From assembly GCA_023515795.1 (NCBI GenBank), contig JALGPX010000005.1, positions 124,001-188,000 of the forward strand: DNA of 64,000 nucleotides, written 5' to 3'. Both the position numbers and the translations under genes were made by a program. The notes under the pieces are model-generated. The model was not told the origin of the DNA. It worked only from the letters and a program-made list of their open reading frames with translations, and searched no databases. The stretch's first letter is position 1, and each line of letters begins with the position of its first letter. Below are positions 29,172-40,300 of this stretch, piece by piece. The stretch is from Amoeboaphelidium occidentale. Taxonomy: Eukaryota.

Positions 29172-31387
29172 ATGTACTCAACACAAAAACTTCTTGGAAG
29201 TACGGCAGCTGGGAAAGCAAAAGAGAAGAAGTTCATAGGAGACTCCCAAAAGGATTTCATGAACCCAAAGTTGACTGAAACTGTTGAGATCACCAACACT
29301 CTCATGTCGAATGCATCATCTAACGGCTCGACCATTTCGAACAGATCTGGCCATTCTACGCTGGCACCGGAGAATACGAGCATTAACATGTTGGAGCCCT
29401 CGTCACCAGAGCCTAAAACTCCATCTGAGTGGTACTCTTTTATACAAGAAAGACGCAGAGCAGATTCGAACAAGAACTTGCTGCAATATTACGCTACAGC
29501 CATGCGACAGATCGATTTCAAGCAATACGCAAACGATCTTCATCTGGTGGCCATATGGCTGGAATTTATAAATCTGCAAAAGAATGAAAACGTGCCTGAG
29601 GACACTCTTTTAAAAATTTACGAGAAAATGCAGCACTTGGGAATCGGTCAGAAGGTCGCATCGTTTTATATTCAATGGGCAGAGTTCGACAGGCCCAGGG
29701 CTCTTGATATTTTAAATATGGGCATGAAGAACAAAGCTAAGCCGATATCATCCATAATGATGCAATTAAAAAGACTTGAAACAGATACTGATCCAACTAT
29801 GAAGCCTTTAAAGGAGAAGTCGCCAAGGCTGTNNNNNNNNNNNNNNNNNNNGCATGAAGAACAAAGCTAAGCCGATATCATCCTTAATGATGCAATTAAA
29901 AAGACTTGAAACAGATACTGATCCAACTATGAAGCCTTTAAAGGAGAAGTCGCCAAGGCTGTCGAATGTGAAGCCTTCTGGAGTAATGAAACAAGCATTG
30001 CCTGACGATGATGACAGCATACCACAAGCTCCAGTACTTTCTACGGAGAAGCCATCACGGTCTCGATCACAAGTTGAAATGATTCCACCTGCTGTTCAAG
30101 AGAAAATACCGGAAGTACAACCAGAAAAGATTGCAGATGTACCAGCTGTAGTTAAAAGTGTTCCTAAGGAAGAACTTCAAACGATGACAATTGTCGTTGA
30201 CGAAGATTTGACACAGCAGAAGCAGAAAGAAGATGAAAATAACACTATAGTGAGCTGTTCTATAGATGATTCTTCTAGACGTACAGGATCTGATCAAATG
30301 AAGAAAACTGGTCATTCCTCGCTGTTCTCAAGAAAGAATACTATCCAAGTGAATGGAACGCCATACATGAAACTTGAGCTTGTCGGAAGGGGTGGAAGTT
30401 CAAAAGTTTTCAAAGTTCTTGCAATGACTGGTAAAATCTTTGCTATTAAAAGGGTTCAGCTGAGTGGCGTGGACTCTAGCACCGTCAATGGTTATTTGAA
30501 TGAAATCGCATTGTTGAAGAAACTAAATAGTTGTGACCAAATTATAAAACTATATGACTCAGAAATTAACAGAAAAGATGGAGTTCTATATATGGTGATG
30601 GAGTGTGGAGAAATTGATTTGGCTCATGTATTGAAATTGCAGGAGGGTCAACCGATCAACATGAACTTTGTCCGAGTACATTGGGAGCAGATGCTTGAAG
30701 CTGTCCATGCCATACACGAGGAGAGAGTTGTTCATTCAGGTAAAATATTAATTACTGCTTCTAAATAGTCTAGATTTGAAGCCCGCAAACTTTCTGTTTG
30801 TCCGTGGAGGATTGAAGTTGATTGATTTTGGGATAGCAAAAACGATAAACGCTGATACTACAAACATTCATAGAGATTCCACTGTAGGAACTGTCAATTA
30901 TATGTCACCAGAGGCAATTATCGACACCAATGCTTTGAAAGGAAAAGAAAGCAAAGTCCAGTGCATGAAGGTGAACTTGGTTTGAGTTTCATATCTTATT
31001 TTTTAGTTGGGTAGGTCATCTGATGTTTGGAGTCTTGGTTGCATTCTTTATCAAATGATATTTTCAAAAACTCCATTCTCTCATCTCACAATGTTTGCGA
31101 AGATTCAAGCAATTATAGATCCTGATGTCCCGATTGAGTATCCATCGACTTGTCAGAATCGCTATTTGCTGGATGTCATCAAATCTTGCCTTATTAGAGA
31201 TCCCAAGAGTAGGAAGACTATTCCTGAACTACTTAATCATCCTTTCCTACATCCTGACAGTATTCCCGAAGCTAATCACGAAGTCATAAGAAAGATTGTG
31301 AAGCGGACAGTGTTGGAATGTACCAAATCAAGTAAAATTGACCTCGATGAACTCACGAACAGAATCATTGAAGAAAATTCCTTGTAA
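29172..31387 (+). CDS. MPS1: Mps1/TTK spindle-checkpoint kinase, multi-exon
   Basis: [67 protein letters not shown]-terminal TPR-like region. Duplicate across N-gap 29833-29851. Confidence 0.92.
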
Positions 31388-31464
31388 TTACTAAATTTAA
31401 TCAAAGCTGCTAAAGTTTTTCGTCATGATCTCCAAGTTCATGTTTCATCTCGATCACCACACAG

Positions 31465-34400
31465 ATGCCTTCCAAGCGAGACGCTTTGGCTCAAATTCAA
31501 AAGAACAAGGCAGATGGAAAGTCACATCCTGATCATTCTATAGATCATAAGAAGAAAGAGGAACCACAGTTTGTATCTATCGAAGTCCTTAAGAGTCCAG
31601 CACAGAAATCTGTATCAAATGCACAGAGCAGAATCAGCANNNNNNNNNNNNNNNNNNNNNCAAAAGAACAAGGCAGATGGAAAGTCACATCCTGATCATT
31701 CTATAGATCATAAGAAGAAAGAGGAGCCACAGTTTGTATCTATCGAAGTCCTTAAGAGTCCAGCACAGAAATCTGTATCAAATGCACAGAGCAGAATCAG
31801 CAAGCAATTGCCATCGATAAGTAGAGAAGGATCTCATCATGATCATAATCATGCGCCACAGGTATCACAAAATACTACCGCTGATACTGAAACAAGTCCA
31901 TCACATCCATCTAAACGGAAGACTTTAGTTGTGGAAGATAGATCAAGATCGATTCATCATTACAGACAAGTGCAGCTGAACCAAGCAGGACCTGGTAAAG
32001 CACAGACTGCAGTAAATCCGATTCCTGAGCCTCAGAGTTTCATAAGGACTACAGGATCATGTCAAAGGGCCTGGACTTTGTTCTCCATAGTTGTCACATT
32101 CTGGTGAGTCGATGAAATGGATAAAATCTAATTAGATTCTTAGGGCTCCTGATTTTATTCTGCGCAGATGTCTTAATAAGAAGGATAAGCAAAGTCAAGA
32201 TGCATGGAGGGAAAAGATGGCTCTTTGTGCAGTTTCGTTCTTGTTATGTGTCTTCCTTGGCTTCTTTACCTTCTTCTTTCAAACTACTGCTTGTCCGCCT
32301 CCTCCGAAAGATCTTTACTCTTTGTCCCAAGTCGAGAAGTCGGATATAATCACGCCAGGAAAAGCCAAGATCTTTGGGCAAATTTATGATATCAAGACAT
32401 GGATTACTGCAAATCATCCAAGAGTCCCAGGTCTAGACTGGGATGCTGCTTTTAAGGCTATTGGGACCAAAGATTTATCAGGGCTCTTTAAAAGGGGAAC
32501 TCCTAGCTGTGAAGCGCTTGGTATCAAACTAGATAAGTCACGATGCACAAGCGATCCATATGGTTTTAAAACAGCTGCACATTGTCACGATTGGAATTCG
32601 GTGAAAACAGCATTAGACTCCGCCGGTTTGAAAAGAGGCTTTTCCTTTCTAGAATGGAGTGACGTTATGGGCCAGGAAACAAGAATCGCTTTTAAAGGAG
32701 AAGGAATCGACTTGACTGCGTTCTTGGGCTCACAGAACTCAATATTTACGCCAGAACAAAGGCAAAAAGTATCAGAGTTAATAGGCAAAGATGGGACTCT
32801 TGCTTTTGCTAAAACCGAAAATGATCAATTTCTTGGGCAATGTTTACTAGAGTTGTACGGAATAGGACCAATTGATTATGTAACCATTGAATGTCTTGCA
32901 GCAAACACGCTCCTGAACATTGCATTAATTATTATTTGCAGCGTCGTCCTTATTCGATTTATATTGGCTGTCTTCTTTAGTTGGTTTCTGTCTTGGCAAC
33001 TTGGAAAGATTCAGCAAACCAGATCTATTTTCAACATGGGTGCAGCTGCTCCAACGGAAAAGGTCTCTGCTATTACTCATCCACAGTCCTTTAGCTTATT
33101 CACAACGGTTGATTTTAAACACGTTTACAAAGAATTATACACAATTTGTCTGGTGACGTGCTACTCTGAAGGCGAGGAAGGCTTGCGTACCACTTTAGAT
33201 TCAATCGCATCAACTGACTACAACCCTAATTATAAACTCATATTTGTTGTTGCAGATGGAGTTGTCAAGGGTGCAGGAAACGATAAGCCTACTGGTGATA
33301 TCGTTCTGGATATGATGGAAATCGATCAGTCAATGCATGGAAAACCGATCTCTTACGACAATTCAGAGGATCCTTCTCATCCATCGCTTCTGTGTGGCAA
33401 CGCTGAAGCTAATACATATGAAGCTATCGGACAAGGTCCTAAGAGGTTAAACAAAGCAAGAGTGTATTGTGGTTATTACAGATACAAAGAAAGTAGAGTT
33501 GCGATGATTCTTGTGTACAAAACTGGAATGCAATCAGAAAAGTCTGCAGCAAAACCTGGTAATCGAGGAAAGAGAGATTCTCAGATCGTCTTGATGGACT
33601 TTTTATCTAAAGTCATGTTTGATGAACGTTTAAGCGCATTTCAATTTGATTTATTCACAAAATGGACACATATAATGACTGTACAGAATGGTGGTAGCGT
33701 AAAAGTAACACCTGATGACTTTGAAGTTATTCTTATGGTTGATGCTGACACCAGAGTTATGCCTGATTCTTTAACACGTATGGTTGCAGTGCTGCAGAGA
33801 GATCCTTCCGTTATGGGACTTTGCGGAGAAACAAGGATATTGAACAAGAATGAGTCCTGGGTCACGATGATACAGGTTTTTGAGTACTACGTCAGTCATC
33901 ACTTGGCCAAAGCTTTCGAGAGTATCTTTGGGGGTGTTACTTGTCTTCCTGGCTGCTTTAGTATTTACAGAATCAAAGCACCAAAACCATTGGAGTCTTC
34001 TATGAGAAACATGCAAAATCCCGAAGCAAATTGCCAGTGGGTTCCAATTTTAGCAAATCCGGACATAGTTAGAGATTATTCACAAACTCAAGTTGACACC
34101 TTACACAAAAAGAACTTGCTTCTGCTCGGAGAAGATAGATATTTGACTACATTAATGCTTAGCACGTTTCCAAGAAGAAAGATGATGTTTGTACCGAAGG
34201 CGATCTGCAAGACACAAGTTCCGGCTGAGTTCTCAGTGCTGCTGTCTCAGAGAAGACGTTGGATTAATTCCACTATACACAATTTGATGGAGCTTGTATT
34301 GATCAAAGAGTTGTGTGGAATCTTTTGCTTCTCGATGCAGTTTGTTGTTTTCTTGGAATTGGTTGGTACTGCCACACTTCCTGCAGCTATTGCTTTTACT

Positions 34401-35290
34401 CTAGTCCTTATAGTTTCTGCCATTATTGGTCCCGTTGTGCCATGGGTTCCATTGGGATTGCTTTTTGCAATTTTGGGATTACCTGCATTTTTGATTATCT
34501 TTACCACAAGGAAAGCGGCTTATCTATTCTACATGGGATGCTACTTGCTCGCGCTGCCAATTTGGAATTTTGTTCTTCCTGTCTATTCATTTTGGCATTT
34601 GTAAGTTTCTAGTTTTGCGAAACTAATATCTTTAGCGATGACTTTTCTTGGGGTCAAACTCGGCAAGTTCAGGGAGAGAAGAAAGATACAGGTCNNNNNN
34701 NNNNNNNNNNNNNNNATTTGGAATTTTGTTCTTCCTGTCTATTCATTTTGGCATTTGTAAGTTTCTAGTTTTGTGAAACTAATATCTTTAGCGATGACTT
34801 TTCTTGGGGTCAAACTCGGCAAGTTCAGGGAGAGAAGAAAGATACAGGTCATGGTGGTGAAGAACATGGAGATCTAGAAGAAGATTTACCGCTGAAACGT
34901 TGGTCCGAATGGGAAAAGATAAGAAGGAAAGCACTGAAATTAGCACACGTTAACGATCCTGTTGGCATCGTGCTACATCCGCATGTCCATACACCTCAAG
35001 AAGTTAAGCGTAAAAAAGGATTCTTCAAGACTGTGTTCGGCATTAAATCATCAAACTCGATCAAAGGTCCTCAAAGTCCTTCGTCTCCTTTACCTAAATC
35101 ATTGGATACAAACTTGGCTTCGAATCCGGCTATGACTAATGGATCGCTCAATGCTGAACTTCCAGCAGCGCCATCATCAGCTAGACTTCAATCGCACCCC
35201 AACACTGCTAGAGCCAAGTTTGCTTTCACGAACTCTTTTCAGGCAATATCTCCTTATAATGACGATGATGAAAAGGATGTTAGCAACTAA
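31465..35290 (+). CDS. Chitin synthase, division 2 (class IV-like, no myosin head), multi-exon
   Basis: VTCYSEG, KPGNRGKRDSQ, VDADT, CGET, LPGCF, LGEDRYL, SQRRRW, DDFSWG; cytochrome-b5-like luminal region. Duplicates at N-gaps 31640-31660 and 34695-34715. Confidence 0.95.
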
Positions 35291-35314
35291 AGTTTCAATA
35301 ACCATGTCGCCTTT

Positions 35315-37057
35315 TTATTTTTCGCCGGTATCAAAATCAATGATAACATCATCAATTTTGAGGATCATCTTAACCAACTGTGTGGCAAGCAAGAACTGCT
35401 GCTTCTTTGAAATAAGCGGGTCATATACAAATTGCTCCTTCATATCTAAACAATTAAAGACGACGCTTTAGAACACTTACCGTAAGTTCCCTTGTTTAGG
35501 CAATCAACGCCGAGACATGGCTTATTCTCCGAAACTTGTAATGCCTTGATTTCACCAACAGTGCCGATAGGATTGAAGCCAGAGTTTTCGGCCAACGCAA
35601 AAGGAATAGCTTCCAAAGCACGAGCAAAACCACGCATTGCATACTGCTCTACTGATGATACTTCGTCGGCAGCTTTTGAGACAGCCAATGCACAAGAAAT
35701 TTCAGCAGCACCACCTCCATAGACAACTCGGTTATCGCGAATAAGATTACGAACGACACACATAGCATCATGTAACGAACGCTTTGCCTCATCAATAATC
35801 ATTTTGTTACCGCCACGAAGGAATACTGTAACTGCCTTAGTGTTTGCACAACCTTCGATGACCAACATTCTGTCCTTAGTTGTTCCAAATCCCAATTCAT
35901 ATACACGACCAGCACTTCCTAATTTTGAGGAATCTAAATCTTCAAACCTTGGAACAATACGTCCATTGGTTGCAATAGCGATCAACTCGATTTCTGGACC
36001 ACCAACCCATCTCACAGCAGGCAAATTGTTTTGAAGCAACAAATGATTAGCCTCATCATCAAAGCCCCACTGGCAAATAACTACATTGGCACCAGCATCC
36101 TTGACTCTTTTTACCATTTCCTCGAACTTTTCTAATTCATACTTTCTTAGGTTCTCAAATTCCGCCACAGATGTAATGTCTAATTTGTGTTTTGTTTTTG
36201 GTTTTGGAGGTTCAAAAGGACATGTCAAAATGGCCAACTTGGCATCTTTAACTTCAGATGGCATTTGAGGATGTGAGAAATCCTTATCAACCAAGACACC
36301 ACGAATAAGTTTCGAGTCACCAATGTTACCGCCAACTTTACCTTCAACTTTAATAAGCTCAAAATCTACATCCTTTCTTTCAAAGTCTGCAACAGACAAT
36401 ACAGCGTCGACAGCAATCTGAGCAAACTGGTCGTGGTGCTTGGAAACAATCTTTGAGCCCAAACTTGTCTTAGCTGTCTTGAGTAAATTCGTGGTATTCT
36501 CAGGACTGAACTCGATAACATCACCAATTTTCTCCAAATTGTCTACTGCAATCGTGCACGCTCTTTCAAAACCATCAGAGATACGTGCAGGATGAATTCC
36601 CTTGTCAAGCAAATCTTCTGCCTGTGCCAACATTGCGCCAGCCATAACTTAACAAAAAAGCATTAAAACTAGACGGCTTTAAAACGACTTACCGACAACG
36701 CCAGTGGTTCCATCACCAATTTCATCGTCTTGACTTTTGGACAATTGCACGAGCAACTTTGCGATCTGGTGGTCAACTTCCATTTGGTCGAGAATCGTTG
36801 CACCATCATTCGTAACTGTCACGTCTCCATCAGGAGAAATCATAATCTTGTCCAAGCCAAGAGGGCCAAGGGATGTTTTTAAGATGTCAGCAACAGCTTT
36901 TGCGGCTAAAACGTGTGACTACAAAACATAAGCTTAAGCAATTAAACGTCATATGAACCTTTTGAGCAGCCAGTCCTGTGACGCGCTGCTTCTTGTCTTG
37001 CTCTTTAATGATAATGAACGGTCTTCCGTATTCGTCTGTGGTATAAAGCGCTGACAT
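35315..37057 (-). CDS. CCT5: T-complex protein 1 subunit epsilon, multi-exon
   Basis: [64 protein letters not shown]. Confidence 0.96.
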
Positions 37058-37323
37058 GGTTCTTGGAAAATCAAGCGCCACAGACAAGCGATGATTGAGG
37101 CGAGAAAGCTTTGGTGGTTTCATCAGAATTACTGCTGCATCACTTTGGAATATTTAGAGAGTCGTACACTTATGAATAGATGATCATCGTGATGTTGGCG
37201 GCTGAGCGTTGTTTGACACCCAAATCTTGCCACTGCAACATCTTCTTAGATTGACTTGTCGAAACACTAGCTGTAAACTAGTTCGAAACTATTCTCTTTA
37301 TTAACCTTTTTTTTAGCTTGACC

Positions 37324-40300
37324 ATGAAGCTGTATGAACTTAAGGCTTGGCCAGGAGTATTGCAGGTGGTTATGTTACAAGTGGCCATGATGATCATGTT
37401 GATCGATGCAGCAAAGTTCAAGCAGACTTATGCCTTTGTCTCAACCAACATCATGGATGATAACTCAACCGGCGTTCCTATTAAAACTCAGAGTATCATA
37501 ACCAAGCTAACTTATGAAACTGGATATCCAACACATCCTGCTGATGCAAAGGTATTGACAAACTTTGGTCTTGAATCCTATGCAAAGTACCACGCAATGG
37601 CTTTTGATCAAGAAACTGGTATATTGTACTTCAGTACTGTAGAGCCAGATGATTCCTACAGAGGAGGACCATCTCAGTTTACAGTTAACATCAAAATGGT
37701 TGATGTGTTTAGTAACGAGGAGGCTCCTGCCAGTCTACTGCTTGAGTATTCATTTTTCTCTTGGAACGCAAGCACTCCCGAATTATATCATATGATCACT
37801 GACATAAAATTGGATAAAAATTTGGGGCTGCTTTTGTTTTCCTACAGCGATAGAGGTCCAGATGTTTCAACCAGGATCATAGCTTTTAGTTTGGTGAACA
37901 ACAACTTTACTATTGTTTGGGACTCTCCTGAGGGACCTTTCTTTGATACTGTTTTTGTTCTTGACACCGCAAATACTTCTGTGTACACATACTTTGGAGA
38001 AGAATTTGTGGTTTTTGATTACTCAAATCCTACTGGCTCAATTCCTGCTGATTACATGCTGATGGAGTCCATGTTCAAGCCGCCACCGCTTTATTGGGAC
38101 CTTGATATTGCTACCTTTGGTGCTGTCTACGCTGTAAAGGAAAGCAATTTTGTTTTCTTATTGACGGCACTTGACTATTTTGGAGGGGAATTCCCCATCG
38201 GTCCTATCGGGCTAAGTATGGCTGATCAGAAGAAGCTTATATTCGATTTCTCACTGAACAAGACTGTTTTTTACGATGAGTACAATATTTGGAACTATGA
38301 TTATGTTACTGGCAACTTGTTTTTGAAGTTCGATTTCGGTCCAACGTCCCCTACACCGCTGCCATTTCTAAAAGGAGCTCCTTCAATACCAAAAATTGCC
38401 AGATACTGCCTTGGTGATACCGTTGATGTTTTTGTTCCGGAATGTGCAAGTTGTGTAACAAATAATAACAAGATTGTCAACTTTGTCAGTGTTAACACCG
38501 TTGACTACTACTACTATGGTGATAATTCAAATATTCCAGAAGCACCTCAGAGTTATTTAGGTACAATTGGATATCCTGTGTTCAAGAACATTTTGCCGAA
38601 TGATGGCATTTCGTCTTATGATAAGTCACAGCCGATTGTGTTTGATGAAGAAAATGGTTACTTGTATTTCGGCAACTTGGAACCAGCTGGGGTAAACGAA
38701 ACCAACATTTTCACTTGCAATTTAAAAAGAGTTGATGTTTACAATAACTCTTTTCCTGCTGCCGAGTTAGTTTACACCTTTGATACCTTCGTGTGGGAAA
38801 CTCGCTTTTTAGGATGCTCTGTTAACGATTTGCATCTAGACAAGGAACGTAATCTCCTGGTCATCGCATGGACTCCTCCAGAACTTAATCAAAACCGTGA
38901 ACTTGGCGTCTTGAATTTGACTAGTGCAATATTTGATACCATTTATCAGACGGATGATTTCCTTGGTGATATTATTGGCTTAGACACGGCTGCTGGAACC
39001 TTGTACGTGACTAGGTTCTCGGATTTGGTGTTTTTCTCATACCTAGAGTTGAGCAATGCTACTGTTCCAAGTTCAATTGTTACTGTTGAGAATTTTCAAG
39101 TCTATACCGATTTTGCTGTTGGACGCGAAGAAGATGAGCCTAAAATCTTCTATGTAGATAGTTACGTACTTCCGGGCACGTCTTTACCCCGCGATGCTTT
39201 GTACTCTAAGCCTCTCAATTCTTCTGAAGAAAAACGCCGTCTTTATGATCTTGACTTTCTTGATTACCTATCTCAAAGAAGTCCGTCTCAATACAAAGTT
39301 TCTTTAGATGCCTCCAACAGGAAACTGTTTTTGTACGGGTTGTATCATGTTATTCAATTTGATCTTAATGACATCTCAAAAGAGCCAGAATTGTTATGGG
39401 ATAGCACGTTAAACGGCAATCCTTGGATACAAGAGGTTGTTGCATCTCAAATTGTAAGATTCTGCAGAGGGTACACTGAGAGTTTTGGACCGGTTACCGA
39501 GACTACAACATTGGCTTCTACTACAATGAACCCTTCAACAACTCTGCCTACTATGACGCCTAAACCGACACCAGCTCCTACTATTTGTCCTACTTGCTCT
39601 GATCAAGACATTCAAAATGTTGCCTTCATCAGCTATACCGATGCTCAGTTTTACGGCGAGTCTCTTCCGCAACAAGTGTTCAGTTACATTGCAAAAGTTG
39701 GCTTTCCAGGACTTTACGCTCCTTTTGTTGAATTCTTACCCAACTTAGGAACCGAATCATTTGGAAACCAACAGATGGCTTACGATGACAAGACCGGGCT
39801 TTTGTACTTTACTACTTTAGAACAGGTCTTTGTGGACGGATTTCCTAAAAATTTTAGTTGTAACGTTAAGGTTGTCGATACAAAAAATCCGGCCTTCCCT
39901 CCTTCTGAGTTATTGTACACGATTTCAAATTTCCCAGTGGAATCATTGGAAAAGTGTTTTATAAATCAGCTGGACTTAGATTCAGAAAGATCATTGTTGG
40001 TTATATCCTGGGGCATTTATCCGAACGGCTACAGTAATCATATTGGTGCTTATAATCTTTCTTCCAAAGTTTATGATGTTTTGTGGTCTCCGCCCACGTA
40101 TGATTTATTTGGTCGCATGGTAGACCTCAACAAGAAAACAGGAGAAGTTTACGTGTTCTTATCCAGTTATCTTACCAAATTCTCATACTTGGATTTTTCG
40201 GATGCCACAGTTCCCAAAAATGCAAAAGTTATCAGCTTTGAAATTCCTTTTCCTCCGAACTATGTGATTGACTGGGCTGGAGATTACCCTGTTATGTATT

